DNA of 64,000 nt. It comes from Candidatus Anderseniibacteriota bacterium (lineage in GTDB: Bacteria > Patescibacteriota > Andersenbacteria > UBA10190). This document shows positions 46,906 through 57,412 of the stretch, piece by piece (position 1 is the stretch's first letter; each line of letters opens with the position of its first letter). The stretch is from contig JACPWO010000002.1 of the NCBI GenBank assembly GCA_016197005.1, forward strand, positions 146,178 to 210,177, given 5' to 3'. A program made the position numbers and the translations under genes. The notes below the pieces were generated by a model that saw only the letters and a program-made list of their open reading frames with translations, did not search any database and was not told where the DNA came from.

Positions 46906-47721
46906 TCGGTACTGTTGGCCGATCTTTTGGATCAACTTATCGTTAGTTAACGCCTGTAAAATTTCTTGAGCTGACCAATCTTTTTCGGATTGCCGCAATT
47001 CATCTTCCAAAAAATCCAGTAATTCTGTTTGCGGCAACATGTGTTTTGGGGAATTGAGTAATTTTTTTATTGCTTTGGCTCGGAATGAGCGAAACGAGCC
47101 GGTGAAGGTACTCTGTTTCACATAATGACGACTGCGTTTGTTGATAGCGGTATTTTTTAGAACAGTTGCACCGTAATCAAAGAGCGCCCAGTGCCATGCT
47201 CTTGGATCTTTCTTCCAAACGGCTTTCTCGGCAATAACGAGAATGTCTTTGTCGGATACATCCTGCTTATTCGGAAAAAAGAAGTGTAAATAAACCCGGC
47301 GAATGTTCGTATCTATAAATGTTTCAATGCTGCCAAACGCAAAACAGGCGACTGCGCCAGCGGTATATGGACCAATACCAGGTAGTTCGATAAGTTCGGC
47401 AGAAGTGCGCGGAAACTTCCCACTATATTTTCTTTCGATAGCTTGAGCGGTTTCTTTTAAGAATCTGGCTCGCCTCCAGTATCCTAGGCCCGACCACACC
47501 GAAAGTAATTTTCCTTCTGGCGCTTTTGCTAAATCCCTTACGGTCGGAAACGTCTGTAAAAATTCTTTGTATTTTGGCAAGACACGACTTACCTGTGTTT
47601 GCTGCAACATGATTTCGGAGACGAGGATTTTGTAAGGATCCTTCGTTTTTCGCCATGGTAGATCTCGTTTATTTTTCTGGTACCAAGAGAGAATTTTTCT
47701 TTGAAAGGCCGCGGTTGTCAT
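46900..47721 (-). CDS. HhH-GPD DNA glycosylase (MutY/Nth family) without recognisable 4Fe-4S cysteine cluster
   Basis: LPWRKTKDPYKILVSEIMLQQTQV...LPGIGPYTAGAVACFAF (HhH-GPD). No CX6CX2CX5C motif. Start trimmed to ATG 47721, 4 nt from the tRNA-Leu 3' end. Confidence 0.65.
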   Translation of the reverse strand: MTTAAFQRKILSWYQKNKRDLPWRKTKDPYKILVSEIMLQQTQVSRVLPKYKEFLQTFPTVRDLAKAPEGKLLSVWSGLGYWRRARFLKETAQAIERKYSGKFPRTSAELIELPGIGPYTAGAVACFAFGSIETFIDTNIRRVYLHFFFPNKQDVSDKDILVIAEKAVWKKDPRAWHWALFDYGATVLKNTAINKRSRHYVKQSTFTGSFRSFRAKAIKKLLNSPKHMLPQTELLDFLEDELRQSEKDWSAQEILQALTNDKLIQKIGQQYRL

Positions 47722-47724
47722 TTG

Positions 47725-47807
47725 TGCCGAAGGTGGGAATCGAACCCACATGATCTTGCGATCACACGATTTTGAGTCGTGCGCGTCTCCCGTTCCGCCA
47801 CTCCGGC
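47725..47807 (-). tRNA. tRNA-Leu(CAA), type II with long variable arm
   Basis: On the minus strand: acceptor GCCGGAG/CTTCGGC plus A. Anticodon arm CACGA-CTCAAAA-TCGTG (anticodon CAA). Variable arm TGATC-GCAA-GATCA. T-arm GTGGG-TTCGATT-CCCAC. Confidence 0.85.
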
Positions 47808-47875
47808 CTGCTGTGAAACTGTGTATATGTACTTATTGTCTATCCTTGCCTTTACACAGTACAGTATAACTACAT

Positions 47876-48640
47876 ATGGCTGAAGTGCTGGCGGTCGTCA
47901 ACCAAAAAGGCGGGGTGGGGAAAACTACCACCAGCGTCAATTTGGGATCCTTTTTAGCAAATCAGGGTAAAAAAACATTGGTTGTTGATTTAGATCCGCA
48001 AGCTAATGCTACTGCTGGAGTTGGTCTTAAAGTTCCTGAAAAACAGCCAACGGTGTACGAAGTTATTATTGGCACTGCTTCTCCGGAGCAGGCCATTTTA
48101 ACTACCCGGGTTCCGAACTTGCATATTATGCCCGCAACACCGGATTTAGCTGGAGGAGCTATTGAGCTTATGGACCAACCAAATAGAGAATATCGTTTAC
48201 GGAAGGCTCTTAAAGCTTTGGGCGAACATTACCAGTTCATTCTCATTGATTGTCCACCCAGTCTTGGCCTTCTTACTATTAATGGTTTAGTTGCAGCTGA
48301 TCGTCTCCTCATTCCAGTCCAGTGTGAGTTCTATGCTCTTGAAGGACTTCATCAACTTCTCAATACGATCAAACTTGTTCGCGCTCATCTTAATCCTAAG
48401 CTACAAGTGCTCGGGGCCGTTCTTACAATGTACGATCGACGCACCGCTTTAAATCGTAAGATTGTCAGGGAAGTGCGTAAAACATTCCCCGGTCACGTAT
48501 TTGAAAGCATTATCCCACGCAATACTGAACTGGCGGAGGCGCCGAGCGTCGGAAAGACTATTTTAGAATATGACGCTGACTCGCGGGGAGCGAAGGCCTA
48601 CGAATACTTGTCGGAAGAAGTCATCAGCCTGTATAGTTAA
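47876..48640 (+). CDS. parA: chromosome partitioning ATPase ParA/Soj
   Basis: AVVNQKGGVGKTTTSVNLG deviant Walker A. Confidence 0.9.
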   Translation: MAEVLAVVNQKGGVGKTTTSVNLGSFLANQGKKTLVVDLDPQANATAGVGLKVPEKQPTVYEVIIGTASPEQAILTTRVPNLHIMPATPDLAGGAIELMDQPNREYRLRKALKALGEHYQFILIDCPPSLGLLTINGLVAADRLLIPVQCEFYALEGLHQLLNTIKLVRAHLNPKLQVLGAVLTMYDRRTALNRKIVREVRKTFPGHVFESIIPRNTELAEAPSVGKTILEYDADSRGAKAYEYLSEEVISLYS

Positions 48641-48646
48641 GAGGTT

Positions 48647-49969
48647 ATGGCACTAGGACGAGGACTCGCTTCACTTATACCCCACCGCAAAGTACAAGAT
48701 GCGGACGAGGTGCTCGATGAATTGGATAATCAGATTGAAAGTGCTGATGAGGTCATTGAAACAACAGTCGAAGAGACACAAGCAGTAAGCATCCCGGTTG
48801 CGCAAGAAAGTGATGACAATGATCTGTTTGAGACTGAAGAAGGAGAGGCTGAATCAGTAGAAGTAGTAACGCCGGAAAAAACAGTAGAGCACAAACCGGA
48901 AGAAGCCATTATGGAAGACTTCCGTCAACTTGAAGGTGGACCAGAAATTGAAATGCCACCAAAACCGAATGTCACTCCACTTGAATTTGATCCAGAAACA
49001 GACAGCGATCTTTTTGAGATTGCTGGTCGAGCAGCTGCCAAGATTGAAGCTAAGGAAAAGGTAAAAATTGTCAGCAAAAAAGCAGTTAGCCTAAAGGGCG
49101 ACAAGTGGGACCAACATGAAGATAGTGTCCAGCATGTCGCTATTGGAGATATCACTATTAACCCCCTGCAGCCTCGCCGACACTTTGATCCACAAGAACT
49201 AGAGGAGCTTCAAGCCTCCATCAATCAGCATGGTATTTTGCAGCCATTGGTTGTTAGGCGAATGGAAGATGGGAAATACGAACTCATTGCCGGCGAGCGA
49301 CGTCTGCGTGCAGCTAAAGCTTTGAAGTGGACAAAAGTTCCCGCGGTTGTTCGTAAAGATGTGCAGGGAGACGAATCCCGCATGGTATATGCCTTAATTG
49401 AAAACATTCAGCGCCAGGATTTGGATCCAATTGAATTAGCGTATGCATACCAGAAACTATCCGAAGAATTTGGAATGAGCCATGAAGATATTGGTGACCG
49501 AGTCGGTAAGTCACGCGTGAGCATTACCAATGCAATGCGAGTTATGCAGTTGCCAGCCGAAATCCAGCAAGGATTGAGCGAAGGTATCATTTCTCCAGGG
49601 CATGCCCGAGCCATTCTTATGATTCCTGATGAGGGCAAGCAAGTCCGATTCTACAAACACTTAGTAGAAGAAGGCCTCACCGTTCGCAAGGCGGAAACTC
49701 GTGCTCGCCGCATTCAACGACAGCTCAAAGTCCATGATCCAATGCGTAGTAAGGATCGTAAGCGTCATCCATTAGCTAATAAGTATGGCCCGGCACTGGA
49801 AGAGCGATGGGGCACTGACGTAAATGTGAAGTTTAACGAAGACAAGAATCGTTTTGAGGTTATTCTCAAGGCCTACAGTATGGATGAGTTTGAGCAGCTG
49901 GTCGGTCGTCTCCTGGGAAGTCAACAAATGCCGGATATTTCGAAAGACGACGACGTTCTCGAGGCGTAA
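48647..49969 (+). CDS. parB: chromosome partitioning protein ParB/Spo0J with long acidic N-terminal extension
   Basis: N-terminal LGRGLASLIP box. Roughly 150-aa acidic linker. ParB/Srx domain GILQPLVVRR...ELIAGERRLRAAK. HTH domain. Confidence 0.85.
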   Translation: MALGRGLASLIPHRKVQDADEVLDELDNQIESADEVIETTVEETQAVSIPVAQESDDNDLFETEEGEAESVEVVTPEKTVEHKPEEAIMEDFRQLEGGPEIEMPPKPNVTPLEFDPETDSDLFEIAGRAAAKIEAKEKVKIVSKKAVSLKGDKWDQHEDSVQHVAIGDITINPLQPRRHFDPQELEELQASINQHGILQPLVVRRMEDGKYELIAGERRLRAAKALKWTKVPAVVRKDVQGDESRMVYALIENIQRQDLDPIELAYAYQKLSEEFGMSHEDIGDRVGKSRVSITNAMRVMQLPAEIQQGLSEGIISPGHARAILMIPDEGKQVRFYKHLVEEGLTVRKAETRARRIQRQLKVHDPMRSKDRKRHPLANKYGPALEERWGTDVNVKFNEDKNRFEVILKAYSMDEFEQLVGRLLGSQQMPDISKDDDVLEA

Positions 49970-50010
49970 GAAATTAGCTTTACGAAAATTTGAAACGAAC
50001 GTTTATGACG

Positions 50011-52197
50011 TTAGTCCTGTTCGTTCTCTTTCGTAAATTTACATTCCTTATTTGAGCAGCGAATGGTATTTTTTGCGCCATATACAAGCAAACTATCGCA
50101 GGTCGGACACTTTTCTCCATTCGGTTTACTCCAATAGGCGTTTTCACACTTCGGATAACGGTTGCAGGCAAAGAAAATCTTTCCGCGACGAGAGCGCTTT
50201 TCAATAATTTTCCCTTCGCCGCACTTTGGACAATTTACTCCAATTTCCTTTTCAATTTTCTTAATGTGTTTGCAATCAGGATAGCCGGAACACCCAAGAA
50301 ACGGTCCGAATCTACCTCGTTTTACAACAAGCGGCTTACCACAATCTGGGCACATCTCGCCGGTGTGCTCTTGTTGTAATTCTTTTTCTTCACCAATTGG
50401 TTCGGTGTGCTTACAGTCAGGATAATTAGAGCAAGCTTTAAACTTACCGAAGCGACCAAGCTTTATGACCAGTTCATTACCGCAATCAGGACACTTTTCT
50501 CCTGTTTTTTCTTCGGTAATATCTGATTTCTTTAATTCCTTATCCTTCGTTTTTATTTGTTTATGAAAAGGATCATAGAATTCCTTCATGAGGGGCTGCC
50601 ACTGTTTATTCCCAGATGCGACTTCATCTAAGTCTTCTTCCATCGCTGCTGTAAAGGCAATATCCACAATATTAGGGAAATGCTCAGTTAAAACACCGTT
50701 TACCAGAGTGCCAATTTCTGTAGGGGCGAGACGTTTTTCGTCATTCTTCACTACATATTCACGCCGCTGAATAGTGTCAATAATTGGAGCGTAGGTGCTG
50801 GGGCGACCAATACCATGTTCTTCCAGCGCCTTTACCAACGTTGCTTCTGAATACCGAGCCGGGGGTTGAGTAAAGTGTTGTTCATGCTGAAGTTTACGGA
50901 AAGCAAGCGAATCGTCTTTTTCGAGAGGCGGTAGGACTGTTTCCTTAAAGGCAGCTTTTTCTCCCAAGGCTCTAACGAATCCATCGAATACAACGGTCGT
51001 ACCAATAGCGCGGAACGTGTACGTGCCAGCCGAAATATCTGCGGATGTTTGTTCCAGCCGTGCCTCCGTCATTTGTGAAGCTACCATGCGCTGCCAAATG
51101 AGTCGGTATAGCTTTATGTGTGATGGCTCAACTTCACTGGCTAACGTTTCGGGAAGACGAGCGGGGTCAGTCGGACGGATAGCTTCATGTGCTTCTTGAG
51201 CTCCTTTGGATTTTGTTTTGTAGAAACGAGGAGAGGGCAGTGCATATTCTTTGCCAAATGTTTGCTCAATAGTTTCCTTTGCTTTGGCCGTGGCCTCAGC
51301 CGCCAAATTAACTGAGTCAGTACGCATATATGTAATGTGTCCATTTTCATACAATTGCTGCGCGAGCATCATAGTGCGTTTGCTCGAAAAACCAAGCTGG
51401 TTGTATGCCGCTTGTTGCAACGTACTGGTAGTAAATGGAGGCGGCGGAGTTCGTTTCCGTTCTTTCTTAGCAACATCAGTTACGACGTAGGAAGCATCTT
51501 GTAGTTCCGTTAAAACCTTCTCTGTTTGTTCTTTGGTTTCAATCTCCAGTTTTTTGAAAGCTTTTCCATCTTTCGCGTAGAGATATGCAGTAAATTCAGT
51601 GTTCTCTTTGGCGAGATGAGCATCGACCGTCCAGTATTCCTGGGGCTTAAATGCTTTTATTTCTTCTTCACGTTCGACAATGAGACGAACGGCCACCGAT
51701 TGAACCCGTCCTGCCGAAAGTCCGCGGCGAACCTTTTTCCAGAGGAGCGGAGATAGTTCGTACCCCACTAAACGATCCAGGATGCGGCGAGACTGCTGGG
51801 CATCTACGAGTGGCTGGTTTATCTCACGGGGGTTATCTATGGCTTTTTGAATGGCAGATTTCGTAATTTCCGCAAAGGTAATTCGTTTTGCTTTGGATGG
51901 CTTTACTTTCAATATCTCAGCTAAGTGCCAGGCAATGGCTTCTCCTTCTCTATCTTCATCAGTAGCGAAGTAGATAATATCTGCTTTTTTAGCGGCGGCC
52001 TGGAGCTCCTTAATATGTGGGCGTGCCTTTACTGGAATGACGTACTTTGGTTCAAAATCATTTTCAACATCGACACCCAATTTGCTTTTAGGTAAATCGC
52101 GCACGTGGCCATAACTGCTTTTTACGATAAAGCCTTTGCCCAAATATTTTTGAATTGTTTTCGCTTTAGCTGGCGACTCAACAATTACCAGATTCAT
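50011..52197 (-). CDS. topA: DNA topoisomerase I (type IA) with C-terminal zinc-ribbon repeats
   Basis: MNLVIVESPAKAKTIQKYLG...SSYGHVRDLP Toprim start. Several C-terminal CPxCG...C zinc fingers. Confidence 0.9.
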   Translation of the reverse strand: MNLVIVESPAKAKTIQKYLGKGFIVKSSYGHVRDLPKSKLGVDVENDFEPKYVIPVKARPHIKELQAAAKKADIIYFATDEDREGEAIAWHLAEILKVKPSKAKRITFAEITKSAIQKAIDNPREINQPLVDAQQSRRILDRLVGYELSPLLWKKVRRGLSAGRVQSVAVRLIVEREEEIKAFKPQEYWTVDAHLAKENTEFTAYLYAKDGKAFKKLEIETKEQTEKVLTELQDASYVVTDVAKKERKRTPPPPFTTSTLQQAAYNQLGFSSKRTMMLAQQLYENGHITYMRTDSVNLAAEATAKAKETIEQTFGKEYALPSPRFYKTKSKGAQEAHEAIRPTDPARLPETLASEVEPSHIKLYRLIWQRMVASQMTEARLEQTSADISAGTYTFRAIGTTVVFDGFVRALGEKAAFKETVLPPLEKDDSLAFRKLQHEQHFTQPPARYSEATLVKALEEHGIGRPSTYAPIIDTIQRREYVVKNDEKRLAPTEIGTLVNGVLTEHFPNIVDIAFTAAMEEDLDEVASGNKQWQPLMKEFYDPFHKQIKTKDKELKKSDITEEKTGEKCPDCGNELVIKLGRFGKFKACSNYPDCKHTEPIGEEKELQQEHTGEMCPDCGKPLVVKRGRFGPFLGCSGYPDCKHIKKIEKEIGVNCPKCGEGKIIEKRSRRGKIFFACNRYPKCENAYWSKPNGEKCPTCDSLLVYGAKNTIRCSNKECKFTKENEQD

Positions 52198-52276
52198 GGC
52201 AGTACCATACGGGAGGGCGGAAAATTTCGCAAATGAACCAAAAAGAGAAGCTATTCCTGGTATTCTTTTTCTTCTC

Positions 52277-52945
52277 TTATCCCAGCTTTAAAATATCGAG
52301 TAAGTCTTGAGAAGAAATAACAGGAGTAGCGCCCTCATGAATTAAATAATTGGTGCCCGCACTATATGGGTCAGTAACGTGTCCAGGAATAGCCAAAACT
52401 TCTCGGTTGTACTCAAGTGCCAGTCGGGCGGTTATGAGAGAGCCAGATTTAAGAGCAGCCTGTACAACGAGTGTTGCTCGACACAGTCCAGCAACAATCC
52501 GGTTACGTCGAGGAAAACTATATTTTTGTACACCAGTGCCTGCCGGATATTCGGAAACAAGTGCTCCGCCAGCTTCTAAAATTTCGATAGCTAAAGTGCG
52601 GTGAGCAGCGGGGTATATAGTGGCGTCATCAATACCCCCACCTAAGACCGCAATAGTAGGAGAATGAGCTTCAACGCACGTCTGATGAGCTAGCGCATCT
52701 ACACCATACGCCAGACCAGAGACGATCACTGCTCCAGCTTTAATAACTGGTGGCAGAAGAATATCAAGTGCTTCTTTGGAATGTACGTGCGCTTTTCTGC
52801 TTCCGACAACTGCGAGAAGGTTGGGATGGGATAAAAGGTTTACGTTGCCACGGACATATAACTGCTTTGGACAGTCTTGTATTTCCTTCAAGAGCGGAGG
52901 GAATAAGTCGCTATAAAGAGGGAGCAATAGAATCTCTTCATAAGA
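52277..52945 (-). CDS. dprA: DNA processing protein DprA/Smf
   Basis: LAVVGSRKAHVHSKEAL...VSGLAYGVDALAH...SFPRRNRIVAGL Rossmann-like DprA core. Start trimmed to ATG 52945. Confidence 0.8.
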   Translation of the reverse strand, partial: SYEEILLLPLYSDLFPPLLKEIQDCPKQLYVRGNVNLLSHPNLLAVVGSRKAHVHSKEALDILLPPVIKAGAVIVSGLAYGVDALAHQTCVEAHSPTIAVLGGGIDDATIYPAAHRTLAIEILEAGGALVSEYPAGTGVQKYSFPRRNRIVAGLCRATLVVQAALKSGSLITARLALEYNREVLAIPGHVTDPYSAGTNYLIHEGATPVISSQDLLDILKLG

Positions 52946-52953
52946 CATAGTTG

Positions 52954-55857
52954 CTATTGTAGAACAGTAATGAGTTTCTGAACGAGAGTAGGGGTAATGG
53001 TTTCCGTATCCCAGGTAAGGGCTTGTCCTCGTACGCGCCAATTGCCCAACGAAGAAAGGCGCGCGAGAACACGAGGAGCATCAGTTGCTTCAATAATGAG
53101 GCGAACATACGGATCTTCATCCGATGGCGTAATTGCTTGCGTCGTAATTTTGGTAATACTGATTGCTCCCGCAATGCGAGACAGACGCAAAATAAGGATG
53201 AAGTTCTGTACCTCTGTAGGAAGGGGGCCGTATTGCTTACTAAGCTCAGAGCTTTTCGTAGTAACTTCTTCCGCAGTCTTTGCTCTAGATAATCGGATAT
53301 ACCATTTTGTTCGCTCTGATGAATCACTAACATATGTGACAGGAAGAAGAGCGGGCAAAGGCAGCGCAACGTCGGCCTGGACAGCTATGGCCACTTCTTC
53401 AGTAGTAGAAGCACTGCGTACCATATCTAAATAGAGTTGTACTCCGACAGCTTCCGCTGATCCAGATTGCTGTGCCCCCAATAAATTACCGGCTCCTCTA
53501 ATTTCTAAGTCGCGACGCGCTAACTCCCAGCCAGAGCCTAGTCTACTAGCTTCAGTCAGAGCGGCTAGGCGACGACGTTGAATTGAAGTGAGATTTTGTT
53601 GGGTATAAAAGAAATGGGCATAGCCTTGGCGCTCCCGTCGGCCAATTCTTCCTCGGAGCTGATATAAATCAGATAACCCAAAGTGCGGGGCGTGCATCAC
53701 GATCATGGTATTAGCTCCAGGCAGATCAAGACCATGTTCCACAATGCTAGAACTAATGAGAATATTCGTTTCTCCAGAATCAAACGAGTGAATAACACGA
53801 GCTAAGTCTTCATCGGGAAGCCGTCCATGGCCGACTGCGATTCGGGCGGTTGGAATGAGAGATTCAACTTCGTGAGCCAGCGCAGCTAGTTGTCGGATCT
53901 TTGGAGTAACAATATATACCTGACCATTTCGCTGTAGTTCTTTTTCAATTGCTTGCTGTAGTTTTTCATTAGTTAGTTTTCCGACTGACGTCTTTACTGC
54001 TTTGCGGGCGGAAGGAGCAGTGGTGATAATAGAAAGAGCGCGCAGTCCAGAAAGCGCCATTGAAAGCGTGCGGGGGATAGGGGTAGCAGAAAGTGAAAGT
54101 ACATCCACGGTCGATCGCATTTTTTTAAGATGCTCTTTCTGCTTTACACCGAAGCGTTGTTCCTCATCAATAATGAGAAGAGTAAGATTGTGCCAGGATA
54201 TTTTTGGACTAAGCGCAGCATGTGTCCCAATAACAATCGTCGCGCTGCCATCAGAAATTGCCTCTCGACTTTTGGTTTGTGCAGCTGGCGAAGTAAAACG
54301 AGACAGCAAATGAATGTTTTTTACGAGCTGTGGTAATCGCTGTCGAAATACGTCGTAATGTTGTTGTACGAGCAACGTAGTGGGAGCTAGAAGTAATACT
54401 TGTCGGCCATGTGCGGCAGCGTGTCTGGCGGCGCGGAGCGCAATTTCTGTTTTACCAAAACCAACATCCCCCACGACGAGCCGATCCATTGGAATATCTT
54501 TTTGCATATCCTCTCTTACTTCTTGCCAGGTACGTACTTGATCATCAGTAAGTCTATGAGGAAATGACTCATTTAATTCTTTTTCTATCTTTTCTTCTAG
54601 AATGTATGGCGCTCGTGTCATTGCCGAGCGTTTTCCAGCAATAGCTAGGAGTTCCTTCGCAAGCGCAATCGCATCATGCTGAGCTTTTTGTTTCGTACGT
54701 TTCCAAGCGGTGCCGTGTAGACGATGAATAGTTGGTTGAGATTGTCCAACATATGCCGTGACCTTGTGGGCATACTCTACTGGAACAGAAAGGGCATCTC
54801 CCTGTGCATATCTCAGTACCAAGTAATCTCGCGGGATACCTTCAATGTTTCGGCTTTGCAGACCTTCAAACACGCCAATGCCGTGATCGGTGTGAACAGC
54901 TGGTCGGCCAATTATGAGCTGAGCAATAAGTTCCATCGCTCGTTCGTAACTAATTGGCGATCCGGCCGCAGTTTTTACCGGCTGAAGTTGAGAAAAGAGT
55001 TGAGTTAAAGTTTCAGCGAGACCTGATGGAAAGGTAAAAGTAGCTTGCGAAGAGTTTCCAATAATCGTTTTTAATCCGCGAGCAGTTACTTCTGGAGGGC
55101 AAATGACAATACCAGTGCTTAATACTTCTTGCCAGTGAACAGTTTTCTGAGGAAATTTCATTGGTAGCAGTTCAGTGTGTCGCAATGCCTTTGAGCGCTG
55201 TCCTTGCTGGAGTGTGATGCTCTCAATTTTATCTCCACCAAACGTAATATGAATTTTCCCCGGTAGTATTGGATGCCATACTGTTACACTTTCTCCGCGC
55301 ACGACAATCGTTCCGGGCTCATTAGTTGCCGCATTTCGGTTGTAGCCAGCTGTAACTAAGCGATGAATAAGATCGGATAAAGGCAGACGCGTACCAATGT
55401 GAAGACGAATAATACTTTCGTGATACTGTCTTGGATCCGGTAAGGAAGAATCAAGTAGTGAAGCTGGAATAACAAATCCGGCGGGAACCTTTTTTGAGAA
55501 GAGAGTATGGTAAGCCGCACTTAAATCCGTTATGACATCCGCTTCTATTTCCTGCTCGGAAAGGTTACCGCTGAGCGTATGCCAAGAAAGTGGAACTGAG
55601 AGTGCTGTGGAAAGTGAGTGACTGGTGAGAGCTGTATCTCTGGCATCCGCGATGCCACCCAAAGTAATAGAAAAAAACCGTCGTGGCTCAGGCCAAAAGC
55701 TCACAGCAGCCATGATATGACTCATAGATTCACTCAACTTAAGTGTGTCTTTCTCGGAATAGACGGCTCCGGCAAGGTCAGGGCCTAATTCAGCTAAAAT
55801 AGGCCGTATTTCGGCATATATCTCTGATGGAATTTTCCGTCCAGTTAGAATTGACAT
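52954..55857 (-). CDS. mfd: transcription-repair coupling factor Mfd
   Basis: Superfamily-2 helicase motifs (GDVGFGKTEIALRAA, LLIIDEEQRFGV, SATPIPRTL, QLRGRIGRR) with N-terminal UvrB-like and C-terminal TRG-like regions. 967 aa. Confidence 0.85.
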   Translation of the reverse strand: MSILTGRKIPSEIYAEIRPILAELGPDLAGAVYSEKDTLKLSESMSHIMAAVSFWPEPRRFFSITLGGIADARDTALTSHSLSTALSVPLSWHTLSGNLSEQEIEADVITDLSAAYHTLFSKKVPAGFVIPASLLDSSLPDPRQYHESIIRLHIGTRLPLSDLIHRLVTAGYNRNAATNEPGTIVVRGESVTVWHPILPGKIHITFGGDKIESITLQQGQRSKALRHTELLPMKFPQKTVHWQEVLSTGIVICPPEVTARGLKTIIGNSSQATFTFPSGLAETLTQLFSQLQPVKTAAGSPISYERAMELIAQLIIGRPAVHTDHGIGVFEGLQSRNIEGIPRDYLVLRYAQGDALSVPVEYAHKVTAYVGQSQPTIHRLHGTAWKRTKQKAQHDAIALAKELLAIAGKRSAMTRAPYILEEKIEKELNESFPHRLTDDQVRTWQEVREDMQKDIPMDRLVVGDVGFGKTEIALRAARHAAAHGRQVLLLAPTTLLVQQHYDVFRQRLPQLVKNIHLLSRFTSPAAQTKSREAISDGSATIVIGTHAALSPKISWHNLTLLIIDEEQRFGVKQKEHLKKMRSTVDVLSLSATPIPRTLSMALSGLRALSIITTAPSARKAVKTSVGKLTNEKLQQAIEKELQRNGQVYIVTPKIRQLAALAHEVESLIPTARIAVGHGRLPDEDLARVIHSFDSGETNILISSSIVEHGLDLPGANTMIVMHAPHFGLSDLYQLRGRIGRRERQGYAHFFYTQQNLTSIQRRRLAALTEASRLGSGWELARRDLEIRGAGNLLGAQQSGSAEAVGVQLYLDMVRSASTTEEVAIAVQADVALPLPALLPVTYVSDSSERTKWYIRLSRAKTAEEVTTKSSELSKQYGPLPTEVQNFILILRLSRIAGAISITKITTQAITPSDEDPYVRLIIEATDAPRVLARLSSLGNWRVRGQALTWDTETITPTLVQKLITVLQ

Positions 55858-55913
55858 ATTTGCATTATCACTTATGGTGGAGGTACATAATACATCTTTC
55901 CACAGTATAAAGT

Positions 55914-56711
55914 ATGGAATTTACAAAGGAACTTAAGAAGTTAGGTTTGAAGGACAAAGAAGCGGCTGTGTATTTGGGTTGCTTAGAGCTAGGTTCAGCT
56001 ACCGCCCAGCAAATTAGCAGGAAAGCTCATGTAGTGCGAGCTACTACGTATGTAGAACTAGAATCTTTGATGCAAATGGGATTAGTGACAAAGTTCAAGC
56101 AAGGAAAGAAAACACTTTTTTCAGCAGAGCCACCACGACAGCTTACTCGACTTCTTGAGAAGCAAGAAGAAAGTATAAAAGAAAAGAAGGAAGGGCTAAA
56201 TCATCTGTTGCCAGAACTCCAGATACTTATGAAAACTGGAGGGGGTAAGCCATCAGTTCGTTATTTCGAAGGTAAGGAGGGATTGCATGCAATACGACAA
56301 GAAATTGTTATGCACACGCAACCGGGGCATACAGTTTATAATTTTACGCCCATTGATTACTTGAATGCAGTATTTCCAGAAAATGAAACCGTGTATTACA
56401 AACAACGATCGGCAAAAGGAATAAAGGCAAAAACCATTTTTACTACGAAGTCACCTACTGTTCGGGATAGAGTGTTTGCAGAGCTATATCAGCAACAAAC
56501 AGAAAAACGCTTCGTTAAGCCTGAAGATTTTCCGAGTACGAGCGGAATGACTATTTATGAAGATAGGATCGCGATAGGGTCGTTTACGGGTGACCTAATG
56601 GGGGTTGTCATAGAAAGTGAGCAGATGACAGATATGATGGTGCGACTCTTTGAGTTAGCGTGGATTACTGCGTTTACAGAAAAAGACTATAGAAAGAAGG
56701 TAAAAGGTTGA
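55914..56711 (+). CDS. TrmB-family transcriptional regulator
   Basis: N-terminal winged helix LGLKDKEAAVYLGCLELGSATAQQISRKAHVVRATTYVELESLMQMGLV. C-terminal effector domain. Confidence 0.6.
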   Translation: MEFTKELKKLGLKDKEAAVYLGCLELGSATAQQISRKAHVVRATTYVELESLMQMGLVTKFKQGKKTLFSAEPPRQLTRLLEKQEESIKEKKEGLNHLLPELQILMKTGGGKPSVRYFEGKEGLHAIRQEIVMHTQPGHTVYNFTPIDYLNAVFPENETVYYKQRSAKGIKAKTIFTTKSPTVRDRVFAELYQQQTEKRFVKPEDFPSTSGMTIYEDRIAIGSFTGDLMGVVIESEQMTDMMVRLFELAWITAFTEKDYRKKVKG

Positions 56712-56736
56712 CTTTTATCTTTCTCTTTTCATAATA
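56708..56736 (+). promoter_or_regulatory. sigma70-like promoter TTGACT-17 nt-ATAATA
   Basis: Near-consensus -35/-10 with 17-nt spacer overlapping the trmB-like stop codon. No protein gene follows for roughly 700 nt. Confidence 0.4.
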
Positions 56737-56743
56737 GAAGCAG

Positions 56744-57249
56744 CTGAGGTGCGTTGCCTTAGCAGTGTCATGGATGGTCACCGCATCCTCTTACCTCGAA
56801 GGAGGTGTTCTATGGGTGGTTACCCAATGGACTAACGAGGATGGAGCGACCAAGAGAGTAGCGCCAGAAAGGCTCTCGACATGCATAGGAAAAGGTTGAG
56901 TCTGGCGTTAGTACGGCCGGCACTTGGTTTCTGAGCTTCAATTCAGATACTAAGTTTCAAGCCCGGCTATGAAACGAAACGGTTCTTTGCAACCGAGAAT
57001 ATAAATGGAAGGTCGTGCAATGTTGACAGGCCTTGTCGATATTGCCTCCGTCCGGACCCATCCCCCGATCCCACCTGATACCAATCGCCATTAGTGCGAA
57101 TCATGGGTCGTGGTGGATGGGTCTTCGTACACTTGAGTTACTGTCAAGTTTGCAGAAGGGCGTCCACCTCTGAACATGGATTCCTTTTAGCGCAAACTTG
57201 TCAGGGCCCGGTTCTTCTTTCGAGAAGTCCCGGGCTTCTTTCTTTTATT
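56744..57249 (+). ncRNA. candidate roughly 500-nt structured non-coding RNA of unknown class
   Basis: Bracketed by the promoter at 56708 and a strong intrinsic terminator at 57204..57249. G+C-rich with many local hairpins (GGATG..CATCC, CCTC..GGAGG, GGACCCATCC...GGATGGGTC). No ORF longer than 61 aa. Confidence 0.35.
57204..57249 (+). terminator. rho-independent terminator
   Basis: GCCCGG-tCTTC-tttcga-GAAG-tc-CCGGGC extended hairpin followed by TTCTTTCTTTTATT. Confidence 0.55.
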
Positions 57250-57276
57250 GACACCCAAATATACCGGCGGTACAGT
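57248..57276 (+). promoter_or_regulatory. sigma70-like promoter TTGACA-17 nt-TACAGT
   Basis: Consensus -35 and good -10 with 17-nt spacer. Lies roughly 150 nt upstream of pth. Confidence 0.45.
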
Positions 57277-57388
57277 TAAATGTTCCTTCGCCTATATCAT
57301 CCCGCTTTCGACGCACCTAGATTGAGGTTAGCCCCTCCTATACCTCAGGTGGGTGTCGTTCGAAAGGGGGGTAATGTAGACGAAACTA

Positions 57389-57412
57389 AACTCCGCAGTG
57401 CGGAGTTTTTTG
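57389..57412 (+). terminator. rho-independent terminator immediately upstream of the pth RBS (leader or attenuator terminator)
   Basis: ACTCCGC-agt-GCGGAGT hairpin followed by TTTTTTG. Only 14 nt from the pth start codon. Confidence 0.55.

Noticed and set aside
52938-53369. 143-aa ORF overlapping the dprA start and mfd end
   Set aside because: Out-of-frame overlap with two confident genes. DprA start re-set to ATG 52945.
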